Shown here: positions 1-18,097 of the stretch, in pieces | Layout: every line of letters begins with the position of its first letter | Numbering within the stretch: the stretch's first letter is position 1 | NCBI GenBank assembly: GCA_964016885.1 | Contig: OZ024741.1 | Coordinates: 92,504,001 to 92,568,000 of the forward strand | Source of the DNA: Eledone cirrhosa | Taxonomy: Eukaryota | DNA length: 64,000 nucleotides | Direction: 5' to 3' | Made by a program: the position numbers and the translations under genes | The notes under the pieces: generated by a model | The model's database searches: none | Told to the model about the DNA's origin: nothing | What the model saw: the letters and a program-made list of their open reading frames with translations, nothing else

Positions 1-182
1 TATAAATATAATATATATATATATATATAAAAATATATATATATATATATAAAAATATATATATATATATATAAAATATATATATATATATATATAAAAA
101 TATATATATATATATAAAAAATATATATATATATATATATATAAATATATATATATATAAAAAATATATATATATATATATA

Positions 183-248
<66 letters not shown>

Positions 249-326
249 TATATATATAAATATATAGAAAGTGAGGTTTTTTTTACAAAATCGAAAATCA
301 ACCGAGGTGTCCTACACGAGTGGAAG

Positions 327-626
327 TATAAAGAAAAAGGGATGAAATCGAAAATGCAACTGAAGTCTTATTTTTTTTTAAATATATATATTTATTTGGT
401 TCCTTTACCGGTTTCGCAGTTCTTCTGCTTTTCAAAAGGTGAGTTGAGATGGAGGGTCTGTGTTTTTCTCACATCTGATGTGAGAAAAACCACAGACCCT
501 CCATCTCAACTCACCTTTTGAAACGCAGAAGAACTGCGAAACCGGTAAAGGAACCAAATAAATATATATATTTTTAAAAAAATAAGACTTCAGTTGCATT
601 TTCGATTTCATCCCTTTTTCTTTATA
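327..626. repeat. Near-perfect fold-back palindrome (~150 bp arms, centre ~476) flanked by (TA)n
   Basis: TATAAAGAAAAAGGGATGAAATCG...TTTTCTCACATC-T-GATGTGAGAAAAA...CGATTTCATCCCTTTTTCTTTATA. The arms are reverse complements with a few substitutions. Confidence 0.95.
402..439 (-). ncRNA. Minimal type I hammerhead ribozyme motif, U3:A8 core variant
   Basis: Minus strand reads CCUU-UUGAAAA-GCAG(AAGAA)CUGC-GAA-ACCGGU-A-AAGG: 4-bp stem I, 4-bp stem II, palindromic stem III, GUA cleavage triplet. The mirror copy at 514-551 (+) has A9C. Confidence 0.65.
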
Positions 627-702
627 TAAATATATATATATATATATAAAATAATATATATATATATATATAAAAATATATATATATATATATATATAAA
701 AA

Positions 703-737
<35 letters not shown>

Positions 738-740
738 AAT

Positions 741-777
<37 letters not shown>

Positions 778-830
778 AATATATATATGTATATATATAT
801 ATATATAAATATATATATATAAATATATAT

Positions 831-1758
831 ATTCACATATATATCGCTATTTCAGAGCATTTATTCCAATTTCTAATTTCTGCCGGACCGGCAACCGCTC
901 TTTCAAACCAGTTCCTGTACACAGCTAAGTATTCTATAAGTCTCTAGCTGTGTCATTCTCGATAAAAGCACTGGATATGTAGTCCTGAAGATTTCTAACA
1001 AGAATGAAACGCGTAGATTACTTCCCTTGCTTTTATCGAGAATCTAATTGTAATACGTGACGTATTCTATTCTATAGCGATTAGGTCTTCAAAATGTTTA
1101 TTATAAACATACAGAATATTTTCGAATATTCTATGTCTATATTCACATATATATCGCTATTTCAGAGCATTTATTCCAATTTCTAATTTCTGCCGGACCG
1201 GCAACCGCTCTTTCAAACCAGTTCCTGTACACAGCTAAGTATTCTATAAGTCTCTAGCTGTGTCATTCTCGATAAAAGCACTGGATATGTAGTCCTGAAG
1301 ATTTCTAACAAGAATGAAACGCGTAGATTACTTCCCTTGCTTTTATCGAGAATCTAATTGTAATACGTGACGTATTCTATTCTATAGCGATTAGGTCTTC
1401 AAAATGTTTATTATAAACATACAGAATATTTTCGAATATTCTATGTCTATATTCACATATATATCGCTATTTCAGAGCATTTATTCCAATTTCTAATTTC
1501 TGCGGACCGGCAACCGCTCTTTCAAACCAGTTCCTGTACACAGCTAAGTATTCTATAAGTCTCTAGCTGTGTCATTCTCGATAAAGTACTGGATATGTAG
1601 TCCTGAAGATTTCTAACAAGAATGAAACGCGTAGATTACTTCCCTTGCTTTTATCGAGAATCTAATTGTAATACGTGACGTATTCTATTCTATAGTGATT
1701 AGGTCTTCAAAATGTTTATTATAAACATACAGAATATTTCGAATATTCTATGTCTATA
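831..1758 (+). mobile_element. Three tandem ~310-bp non-coding units, each with a hammerhead (non-LTR retrozyme-like)
   Basis: Units start at 831, 1141 and 1451 (ATTCACATATATATCGCTATTTCAGAGC) and are nearly identical. The array is embedded in (TA)n and has no ORF. Confidence 0.9.
979..1021 (+). ncRNA. Type I hammerhead ribozyme (further copies at 1289-1331 and 1597-1639)
   Basis: GUAGUC-CUGAAGA-U-UUCU(AACA)AGAA-U-GAA-ACGCGU-A-GAUUAC. Stem I is extended by a 16-bp distal helix, 955-970 pairing with 1028-1043. Confidence 0.9.
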
Positions 1759-1761
1759 TTC

Positions 1762-6397
<4,636 letters not shown>

Positions 6398-6451
6398 TGT
6401 AAGTATGTATGTATACGTACATACATATATGTATACAGACGTACAGTAGCA

Positions 6452-6509
<58 letters not shown>

Positions 6510-6947
6510 CACACATATATACATACAGGTACACATACATATATGCACGCATCAGTTTATCGGACGCTTATTATAACGCCGCTTTGTTCGTTTGTCAACA
6601 AACTGAACAGCCTGAATTTATGCCACCACTCACCTTTTTGTTCAACACTGACACAGGAACGATGTACTAGTTACAAGCTTGTTAGCTATCATCAGCACCG
6701 TTTACCCATCTGCCAGATAGTTGAACGTTCGAAAGTATATACTTTCCTTATGAAAATTAACGGCTGAGCAGCCTAATTTGTATATTGAGTGAGTTAAATC
6801 GGTCAGGCATACCGAAAACGATAAGTTGAAAAAAATGAAAACGAAATTTCATTTCTCACTCTTAGTATGGCACTTACTTAAATGTATGTATGTATGTATA
6901 CGTACATACATATATGTATACAGACGTACAGTAGCATGCATATATAT
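6398..6947 (-). mobile_element. ~490-bp hammerhead-bearing tandem unit (left part of an array split by a PLE insertion)
   Basis: Same sequence as 12996-13829 and the reverse complement of 14632-15412. The HHR at 6659-6701 has GAAA changed to GUAA. Confidence 0.85.
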
Positions 6948-7650
6948 ATATACGGATTAACAAATAATAGTTAAATGCAGTCCACTTAGGTGAAGTCCAG
7001 TTATGGTATTCCAGGTAGTGGATGATATTAACGCTTGGCTTGGTTTGACTCAACAAGGCGTTTTCATAGTGATGCTGCGGGTATGCTGTAATTCCTATGG
7101 TGTAAACACTTGGAGTAATAATAAATCAGGAAAGAAGGTTTACATGGTTTGCTATACAAAAAATTTTTAATCACATAGCTTACATTTGTTTCACTGAGCT
7201 GGTATGTCTAGAGATCGCTATCCGCCTAATTTTGCGTCACTCGATCGCCAATACAGAATTATAACCAGTCAGATCTTCGGAGATGCGAGAATGAAGAAAA
7301 TACACAGGCAAGAAAATAAAAGTAAATATGGAGTAGTTATGGCATTCAATTAGAACAATAACAACAACAATTATTACAACAATGCTATCAATAAACTATT
7401 TAAGGAGACCCTGACATTACTTAGGTGGGGGGTATATAATGTATCTAATGTTACGGCGTGAAAACCAGCTGTCATAAGGCAAAAAGTATCGTAGTGTGTA
7501 TCAATTTTAAATTATAAAGATAAGCTAGTTTTTACAGTCTTTCTCTTCATCTTCAACAGTATACATGAGTGGGACCACTGTCAAAGCTCAATAGTTGTAG
7601 AGTTAATACAGAGGTTAACGAATTAATATACGCATATATCTACACGCGCG

Positions 7651-7778
<128 letters not shown>

Positions 7779-8057
7779 AATATATATACACATATATGTG
7801 TACATAGACACATACATACACATTAATATACACTCGTACAAAAATATACATACATGCAAAGAGAAAAGCGTGCTAATTGTAATATGGCAAAAAGAAGGTA
7901 AAGTAACATTGTAGTAGTGAAATGAGAAAAACTAGGATCTAGGATCAAATGATTGCAGCAGCTGAGAAGGAGTAAGATTGTTGGTAGATGAGGTATTTAC
8001 AGACTATTGTGTGGTATCGACTTGTGAAGGAAATAGTATACTTAATGAATATATATA

Positions 8058-8426
8058 CTGGTGTACATGTGCACTGTCATCTCGGGTAACTCCACTTGGA
8101 ATTACATAGGATCCACAGCGGGTTCTTTTAAGAAAAGATGGTATGTGCACAGGCACTCGATGAAAAACCGAGCTCTTATGGGTTCCACCACCCTCGCCAG
8201 AAAAATATGGGAATTGAAGGACAGCAACGCTAGCTACACTATCAACTGGTCGAAGTTGTCGGCTGCTAAAACCTATAGTACAGGTATGTCCTATTGCGGG
8301 CTGTGTGATCTTGAGCTATTGTATATCCTTAGAAATGTTAAAAGGCTACTTAATAATAAGTTAGAAAGATCTATCTTCTGCAGACATAGAATAGCCACTA
8401 AATTCATAAGATTCAAACCTCCGTGA
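8058..8426 (+). pseudogene. 5'-truncated duplicate of the PLE GIY-YIG endonuclease region
   Basis: Near-identical to 11617-11985 (KDSN versus KNSN). Confidence 0.92.
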
Positions 8427-8479
8427 ATCGAACCAACATAACATAGCTTTAAATTAGGATACCTACTACCCACAAAAAC

Positions 8480-8512
<33 letters not shown>

Positions 8513-8806
8513 TATATTCATTAAGTATACTATTTCCTTCACAAGTCGATACCACACAATAGTCTGTAAATACCTCATCTACCAACAATCTTACTCCTTC
8601 TCAGCTGCTGCAATCATTTGATCCTAGATCCTAGTTTTTCTCATTTCACTACTACAATGTTACTTTACCTTCTTTTTGCCATATTACAATTAGCACGCTT
8701 TTCTCTTTGCATGTATGTATATTTTTGTACGAGTGTATATTAATGTGTATGTATGTGTCTATGTACACATATATGTGTATATATATTTATATTTATATGT
8801 GTGTGT

Positions 8807-8866
<60 letters not shown>

Positions 8867-9599
8867 GCGTATATTAATTCGTTAACCTCTGTATTAACTC
8901 TACAACTATTGAGCTTTGACAGTGGTCCCACTCATGTATACTGTTGAAGATGAAGAGAAAGACTGTAAAAACTAGCTTATCTTTATAATTTAAAATTGAT
9001 ACACACTACGATACTTTTTGCCTTATGACAGCTGGTTTTCACGCCGTAACATTAGATACATTATATACCCCCCACCTAAGTAATGTCAGGGTCTCCTTAA
9101 ATAGTTTATTGATAGCATTGTTGTAATAATTGTTGTTGTTATTGTTCTAATTGAATGCCATAACTACTCCATATTTTCTTTTATTTTCTTGCCTGTGTAT
9201 TTTCTTCATTCTCGCATGCTCCTAAGATCTGACTGGTTATAATTCTGTATTGGCGATCGAGTGACGCAAAATTAGGCGGATAGCGATCTCTAGACATACC
9301 AGCTCAGTGAAACAAATGTAAGCTATGTGATTAAAAATTTTTTGTATAGCAAACCATGTAAACCTTCTTTCCTGATTTATTATTACTCCAAGTGTTTACA
9401 ACATAGGAATTACAGCATACCCGCAGCATCACTATGAAAACGCCTTGTTGAGTCAAACCAAGCCAAGCGTTAATATCATCCACTACCTGGAATACCATAA
9501 CTGGACTTCACCTAAGTGGACTGCATTTAACTATTATTTGTTAATCCGTATATTTAGCTCCCACCTGGTCGAGCAACACCATTAACGCACGACAACAAC

Positions 9600-11985
9600 A
9601 TGGAGAAGCACTGTATAGGTATGTCACTAAAAAACATACCTGTACCTACAAAAAAGGACTATACACTGGGCATGATACGACGGACTAATGATTTCATCCG
9701 CAGGGTCCGATGGAAAGCTTACCATTTCGATAAGGGACCGAATACCAACAGAAGGGAATTTTCCCAGGAGAATTACGGGTTTAAATCCTGCAAAAACCCG
9801 CCAAACAACCCCGCACTCGATGCCTTCGAGCTGGACCTTATGAACATGATAAGTGAAACTAAATTTAAAAAAAGAACAAATCACAACAAATTGCAAAATG
9901 ACTTAAATACATTACTTAAAAAACTAAAAGACAATAACGGTATCATAGTAAAAGCAGACAAAACATCAAACGTATACTCTATGGACATTAACACATACAA
10001 TAACTTTATTCAGCGTGAACTACATAAAAAATACAAAAAAAACAAATGAATCTACACTCACCAGCATAAACATGGAGGGCCTCAAGATAGTTAATAAACT
10101 CGGAATTTCAGATAGGACCGAACCGCTTACCCCGTGCAACCCTACATTTAACCTGAAAGATCACAAAAATAACTTTGAAACTAACCCTACCATTAGATTA
10201 ATATGCCCATCCAAGTCAGACATAGGTAAAATTAGCAAAAACATTCTAGATAGGGTAATCGCACAAATAAAGGGTAAACTAGAAATCAATCTATGGGGCA
10301 ACACTAACGAGGCAATTAAATGGTTCAATAAAATACAAAATAGGGAGACGTGTAACTTCATACAATTTGATATAGACGACTATTATGCATCCATATCCCC
10401 AGCTACCCTAGATAAGGCGCTTATATTTGCCCAAAATAACTCTGATCTTACCCATGATGAAATTGAAATAATAATAGCGGCTAAAAGGACTATCGTAAAA
10501 TTTGAAAATAACTACTGGGTAAGAAAGGATAGAATAAATAGCTTCGATATTACAATGGGTTCAAATGATTCTGCGCAAATTACAGATATCGTGGGGCTAT
10601 TCATAGCACACAACCTACATAAGGAATTCAGTAACCTCCAAGGAGGAATTTATAGGGACGACACGTTACTTATAGCTAGGAACCTAAACAACCAGAGCAT
10701 GGAAAGACTAAGGAAAAATATTAGAATATTCTTCAAAAAACTAGGCCTAAGTATTACCTACGAACTAAACCATAAGAAGGTAAATTTTCTAGATGTAACT
10801 CTAAATCTAAATACTGGATTAATAGAACCTTTCCACAAAAATAATGAAAATCTTGCCTACATTAGTTACAACTCAAATCACCCCAAATCCATAATTAAAT
10901 CCATAGCACGTAGTATATCCCTCCGAATATCCCGCCTATCCTCAAACCTAGAAATCTTTAACGAGCATGCTGACTATTATAATGCAGCATTAAGTAGGGC
11001 CGGTCATAAAGATAAACTACAGTATATAGTGAATAAGGACAACATAAACAATCCTAGTAATTTCTACTCCAACCGCTCACATAATAATAGGAATAGCTTG
11101 ACTAGACATAGGGTTAGACATGTAACACCTAGAGTAAACGGCCAAAACACTAATAACGTAAACCCTAGAAACAATAGAAGAAACAGACAAAGAAAATACC
11201 TATGGTTCAACCCAATATTCAACTCCTCTATAAAAACTAGAATGCCCTCTATATTCTTTAAACTAATAGATAAACACTTCCCTATCTCGCATAGATATCA
11301 CAAAATACTCAATAGATCTACTATAAAACTCTCTTTCTCAACAGCAGCTAACATAGAATCACACATACGCAAGATCAACCGCAGAAATATCTCAAGTAAA
11401 TCAATTGCACCTATACATAAGCACAAACTCATCACAACATCACAACCACAAGCGCATACAAACGCGCAGCAGCAAAACCCCATTGGGCATATATCACAAC
11501 CCACTTATAACAGGGTACTAAATAGGAATGTAAAAGCTGCACATAATAGCGCCTCAAACTGCAACTGTCACCTCCCAGATAGGTGCCCATTGGCGAACAG
11601 ATGTCTCGATTCGAGCCTGGTGTACATGTGCACTGTCATCTCGGGTAACTCCACTTGGAATTACATAGGATCCACCGCGGGTTCTTTTAAGAAAAGATGG
11701 TATGTACACAGGCACTCGATGAAAAACCGAGCTCTTATGGGTTCCACTACCCTCGCCAGAAAAATATGGGAATTGAAGAACAGCAACGCTAGCTACACTA
11801 TCAACTGGTCGAAGTTGTCGGCTGCTAAAACCTATAGTACAGGTATGTCCTATTGCGGGCTGTGTGATCTTGAGCTATTGTATATCCTTAGAAATGTTAA
11901 AAGGCTACTTAATAATAAGTTAGAAAGATCTATCTTCTGCAGACATAGAATAGCCACTAAATTCATAAGATTCAAACCTCCGTGA
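9600..11985 (+). CDS. PLE reverse transcriptase plus C-terminal GIY-YIG endonuclease (~794 aa if one A is removed from the run at 10035-10042)
   Basis: RT motifs FDIDDYYASI, FDITMGSNDSA, GIYRDD and VNFLDVTL; linker CNC-x5-C; VY...YIG; CGLC; terminal CRH. The CxCx5C linker and TA target resemble the Hydra PLE clade (from recollection, needs phylogeny). Confidence 0.9.
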
Positions 11986-12038
11986 ATCGAACCAACATAA
12001 CATAGCTTTAAATTAGGATACCTACTACCCACAAAAAC

Positions 12039-12071
<33 letters not shown>

Positions 12072-12346
12072 TATATTCATTAAGTATACTATTTCCTTCA
12101 CAAGTCGATACCACACAATAGTCTGTAAATACCTCATCTACCAACAATCTTACTCCTTCTCACCTGCTGCAATCATTTGATCCTAGATCCCAGTTTTTCT
12201 CATTTCACTACTACAATGTTACTTTACCTTCTTTTTGCCATATTACAATTAGCACGCTTTTCTCTTTGCATGTATGTATATTTTTGTACGAGTGTATATT
12301 AATGTGTATGTATGTGTCTATGTACACATATATGTGTATTTATATT

Positions 12347-12429
<83 letters not shown>

Positions 12430-12765
12430 GCGTATATTAATTCGTTAACCTCTGTATTAACTCTACAACTATTGAGCTTTGACAGTGGTCCCACTCGTGT
12501 ATACTGTTGAAGATGAAGAGAAAGACTGTAAAAACTAGCTTATCTTTATAATTTAAAATTGATACACACTACGATACTTTTTGCCTTATGACAGCTGGTT
12601 TTCACGCCGTAACATTAGATACATTATATACCCCCCACCTAAGTAATGTCAGGGTCTCCTTAAATAGTTTATTGATAGCATTGTTGTAATAATTGTTGTT
12701 GTTATTGTTCTAATTGAATGCCATAACTACTCCATATTTTCTTGCCTGTGTATTTTCCTCATTCT

Positions 12766-12882
12766 CGCATGCTCCGAAGATCTGACTGGTTATAATTCTG
12801 TATTGGCGATCGAGTGACGCAAAATTAGGCGGATAGCGATCTCTAGACATACCAGCTCAGTGAAACAAATGTAAGCTATGTG
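12766..12882 (+). ncRNA. pLTR hammerhead motif with CCGAAGA core and ~60-nt structured insert in stem II (copies at 9213-9329 + and 7172-7287 -)
   Basis: CAUGCU-CCGAAGA-U-CUGA-CUGGU...ACCAG-C-UCAG-U-GAA-ACAAAUGU-A-AGCUAUG. It lies ~50 nt before the element 3' end. The copy at 9221 has CCUAAGA. Confidence 0.7.
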
Positions 12883-12924
12883 ATTAAAAATTTTTTGTAT
12901 AGCAAACCATGTAAACCTTCTTTC

Positions 12925-12995
<71 letters not shown>

Positions 12996-13002
<7 letters not shown>

Positions 13003-13446
13003 CACACATATATACATACAGGTAGACATACATATATGCACGCATCAGTTTAGCGGACGCTTATTATAACGCCGCTTTGTTCGTTTGTCAACAAACTGAA
13101 CAGCCTGAATTTATGCCATACGGTGTTAAGGCAACCACGTCACCTTTTTGTTCAACACTGACACAGGAACGATGTACTAGTTTCAAGCTTGTTAGCTATC
13201 ATCAGCACCGTTTACCCATCTGCCAGATAGTTGAACGTTCGAAAGTATATACTTTCCTTATGAAAATTAACGGCTGAGCAGCCTAATTTGCATATTGAGT
13301 GAGTTAAATCGGTCAGGCATACCGAAAACGATAAGTTGAAAAAAATGAAAACGAAATTTCATTTCTCACTCTTAGTATGGCACTTACTTAAATGTAAGTA
13401 TGTATGTATACGTACATACATATATGTATACAGACGTATAGTAGCA

Positions 13447-13506
<60 letters not shown>

Positions 13507-13829
13507 TACATACAGGTACACATACATATATGCACGCATCAGTTTAGCGGACGCTTATTATAACGCCGCTTTGTTCGTTTGTCAACAGACTGAACAGCCT
13601 GAATTTATGCCATACGGTGTCAAGGCAACCACGTCACCTTTTTGTTCAACACTGACACAGGAACGATGTACTAGTTTCAAGCTTGTTAGCTATCATCAGC
13701 ACCGTTTACCCATCTGCCAGATAGTTGAACGTTCGAAAGTATATACTTTCCTTATGAAAATTAACGGCTAAGCAGCCTAATTTGCATATTGAGTGAGTTA
13801 AATCGGTCAGGCATACCGAAAACGATAAA
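12996..13829 (-). mobile_element. Tandem ~494-bp hammerhead units (HHRs at 13169-13211 and 13663-13705)
   Basis: Direct repeats with period 494, separated by short (TA)n. Minus strand reads ACGGUG-CUGAUGA-U-AGCU(AACA)AGCU-U-GAA-ACUAGU-A-CAUCGU. Confidence 0.88.
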
Positions 13830-13976
13830 TATATATAAATATATATAAATATATAAATATATAAATATATATAAATATATAAATATATAAATATATATAA
13901 ATATATAAATATATAAATATATATAAATATATAAATATATATAAATATATATATATATAAATATATATATAAATAT

Positions 13977-14045
<69 letters not shown>

Positions 14046-14050
14046 AAATT

Positions 14051-14094
<44 letters not shown>

Positions 14095-14099
14095 AAATT

Positions 14100-14161
<62 letters not shown>

Positions 14162-14183
14162 AAATTTATATATATAAGAAATT

Positions 14184-14255
<72 letters not shown>

Positions 14256-14260
14256 AAATT

Positions 14261-14346
<86 letters not shown>

Positions 14347-14554
14347 AAATTTATATCTAGTAACATTTATATACACAGATGCATATCAATGCTAGCAAAT
14401 ATATAGGTTTTGTCTTATTAACAATGTGGTTCAATGCATGGGGTTGCAGAATATGAGAGACATAAAATAAGAAAATTATAAAATTAACTTACTTACTAAA
14501 AAATCACTTCCAACTAATTAGTTTCTGGAATTGAGTAAATATATTTTCCGAAGA

Positions 14555-14617
<63 letters not shown>

Positions 14618-14619
<2 letters not shown>

Positions 14620-14765
14620 CTTGTTAGCTACCAGTGTTGAACAAAAAGGTGACGTGGTTGCCTTAACACCGTACGGCATAAAAATTCAGGCTGTTCAGTT
14701 TGTTTACAAACGAACAAAGCGGCGTTATAATAAGCGTCCGCTAAACTGATACATGCATATATGTA

Positions 14766-14837
<72 letters not shown>

Positions 14838-15280
14838 TGCTACTGTACGTCTGTATACATATATGTATGTACGTATACACACATACTTACATTTAAGTAA
14901 GTGCCGTACTAAGAGTGAGAAATGAAATTTCGTTTTCATTTTATTTCAACTTATCGTTTTCGGTATGCCTGACCGACTTAGCTCACTCGATATGCAAATT
15001 AGGCTGCTCAGCCGTTAATTTTCATAAGGAAAGTATATACTTTCGAACGTTCAACTATCTGGCAGATGGGTATACGGTGCTGATGATAGCTAACAAGCTT
15101 GAAACTAGTACATCGTTCCTGTGTCAGTGTTGAACAAAAGGTGACGTGGTTGCCTTAACACCGTACGGCATAAAAATTCAGGGTGTTCAGTTTGTTTACA
15201 AACGAACAAAGCGGCGTTATAATAAGCGTCCGCTAAACTGATACAGGTACACATACATATATGCACGTATGTATATATGG

Positions 15281-15357
<77 letters not shown>

Positions 15358-15407
15358 TGCTACTGTACGTCTGTATACATATATGTATGTACGTATACAC
15401 ACATACT

Positions 15408-15412
<5 letters not shown>
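14618..15412 (+). mobile_element. Opposite-orientation 1.6-mer of the ~494-bp hammerhead unit
   Basis: CAGTGTTGAAC occurs at 14632 and 15125 (period 493). It is preceded by a 13-nt inverted fragment of its own stem II (AGCTTGTTAGCTA). Confidence 0.85.
15074..15116 (+). ncRNA. Type I hammerhead ribozyme with canonical CUGAUGA/GAAA core
   Basis: ACGGUG/CAUCGU stem I, AGCU/AGCU stem II, palindromic ACUAGU stem III, GUA triplet. Distal pairings CUGGCA/UGUCAG and UCAAC/GUUGA. Confidence 0.9.
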
Positions 15413-15451
<39 letters not shown>

Positions 15452-15459
<8 letters not shown>

Positions 15460-18007
15460 TAACAGATTAAAGTTTAAGCAAAGTATCGCTGCTTTCACCC
15501 TTAACGGGATCTTCTGAAACTAACAAAGTCAATCTGTAAACGCAGAACTGGATATTTCAAAAAACGTTGCAACCGGAGGAAGACAGGAAGACGATACTTT
15601 GTTTCGTGGTAACGTTCGCTGGCAAAGAACAGGAAAAAACGAATAATACGTCATTAATAGGAGCGGTGAAAAACAATTACTCGCAAAGACAGAACCACGT
15701 TTATGGTATAAAAGAGGTCGTAGACTAATGTTCTCTTAGGTGGTGCATAGAGACGTTCTCTGGCAATGAACGAAAAAACGAAGATAATAAGTCATATGTG
15801 GAGCGTGGAGAACAATAGCACGCAAAGACAAAACCACGTAAATGGTATAGCAGAAGTCGTAGACTAAAATTAATCTCCGCTACAGAGTTAAGAACAAAGT
15901 AAATAAATGCAATACAGAAGTAATAGAAATAAATACATACATGCAAACAAATACGTACATACACAAGCATACGCAAAACCTTACCATAGGTATACAAAAC
16001 CACGCACATATAAATATGGGTGTGTGTGTGTATGCTTGTGTACAAATAAATAAATAATTATATCAATGTATATAAGTAAATAAATACGTATATAACAAGC
16101 GCACACGTATACCTACATATAAATACACGAATGATCGGAGACGTAAGTCAACTAAAACAAGAAGTACACATATACACACACCCACCATACGTACGAACCT
16201 GCATACTCACGCAGACGCAAAACTCCCGTATACACATAGCCAAACCCTAAATACCAGACTATGTAAAAATTATACGCCATAACAGTCAAATATACGTACG
16301 AGAAAGTATACATACCTTCACAAAACATACGGGTAATATATACTTACCTATGCAAATAAGTAAAGGAATAAACAAAACATATACTTAGCTCATTAAAATG
16401 TCTTACTCTACGACTCCTAACCTTGCACATAACATCACAGCTTCAAATTTAGCTAAACTACCTAGCCGTAGGAACACGTGCAACCCTGTAGTTAGTACTA
16501 ACTGTAATTGTAGGAATCGGGCTGATTGCCCCCTATCCGGGAAATGCCTCTCTAGTAACATTGTCTACAAATGTAAGGTTGTAACACCCACGTCCCATAG
16601 GGCCTACGTAGGGTTAACCGCCAATAGTTTCAAGCAGCGTCTTTACATGCATACCCATTCTTTTCGCTACCCTCTAAGAAGGAATATGACGTCACTTTCA
16701 GCTTATATCTGGAGTCTAAAAGATAACCACACCCAATATAAGTTACACTGGGAGATCCTAGCTAGGGCTAGATCGTATAACGGAAATAAAAGACCATGTG
16801 ACCTCTGCGCCGCTGAGGCCCTGGAAATACTCTACGCCACAGACCGCATCTTAAACAAAAAATCTGAGGCAATTTCGGCTTGTAAACATAAATTGCACCA
16901 AACTTTCCTGTATTACAGCCCCACGTTATACCCTAACGGATAGCACGACCTATACGTGGATATTTTACGTCTTGATGTGGGAGCTAAGTATATGTTTTGT
17001 TTATTCCTTTACTTATTTGCATAGGTAAGTATATATTACCCGTATGTTTTGTGAAGGTATGTATACTTTCTCGTACGTATATTTGACTGTTATGGCGTAT
17101 AATTTTTACATAGTCTGGTATTTAGGGTTTGGCTATGTGTATACGGGAGTTTCGCGTCTGCGTGAGTATGCAGGTTCGTACGTATGGTGGGTGTGTGTAT
17201 ATGTGTACTTCTTGTTTTAGTTGACTTACGTCTCCGATCATTCGTGTATTTATATGTAAGTATGCGTGTGCGCTTGTTATATACGTATTTATTTACTTAT
17301 ATACATTGATATAATTATTTATTTATTTGTACACAAGCATACACACACACACACATATTTATATGTGCGTGGTTTTGTATACCTATGGTAAGGTTTTGCG
17401 TATGCTTGTGTATGTACGTATCTGTTTGCATGTATGTATTTATTTGTTTCTATTACTTCTGTATTGTATTTATTTACTTTGTTCTTAACTCTGTAGCGGA
17501 GATTAATTTTAGTCTACGACTTCTGCTATACCATTTACGTGGTTTTGTATTTGCGTGCTATTGTTCTCCACGCTCCACATATGACTTATTATCTTCGTTT
17601 TTTCGTTCATTGCCAGAGAACGTCTCTATGCACCACCTAAGAGAACATTAGTCTACGACCTCTTTTATACCATAAACGTGGTTCTGTCTTTGCGCGTAAT
17701 TGTTTTTCACCGCTCCTATTAATGACGTATTATTCGTTTTTTCCCGTTCTTTGCCAGCGAACGTTACCACGAACCAAAGTATCGTCTTCCTGTCTTCCTC
17801 CGGTTGCAACGTTTTTTGAAATATCCAGTTCTGCGTTTACAGATTGACTTTGTTAGTTTCAGAAGATCCCGTTAAGGGTGAAAGCAGCGATTATTTGCTT
17901 TAACTTTAATCTGTTATTTTAATAAATATTTGCTCTACGGTTCTTATATATTTGATATATATTTTCCTTATCGAGCCCTCTTTGGATTTTAGTCTTCAAT
18001 TTTATTA

Positions 18008-18014
<7 letters not shown>
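15452..18014 (+). mobile_element. Second PLE family, 5'-truncated, with ~940-bp inverted pLTR
   Basis: 15452-16391 is the reverse complement of 16981-17923. These arms enclose an endonuclease fragment, and the element has (TA)n flanks. Confidence 0.9.
16392..16943 (+). pseudogene. PLE linker plus GIY-YIG endonuclease fragment
   Basis: KMSYSTTPN, CNCRNRADCPL, IVY...YVG, CDLC, LNKKSE and CKH; homologous to the C-termini of the ORFs ending at 11985 and 25205. Confidence 0.9.

Positions 18015-18097
<83 letters not shown>

Noticed and set aside
831-1758. Possible CRISPR-like array
   Set aside because: Whole 310-bp units are repeated with no unique spacers, the context is eukaryotic, and there are no cas genes.
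17855-17896. Hammerhead-like CAGAAGA-UCCC(GUUAA)GGGU-GAAA in the second PLE pLTR
   Set aside because: The position fits, but there is no UH triplet and no convincing stem I. Treated only as a relic.
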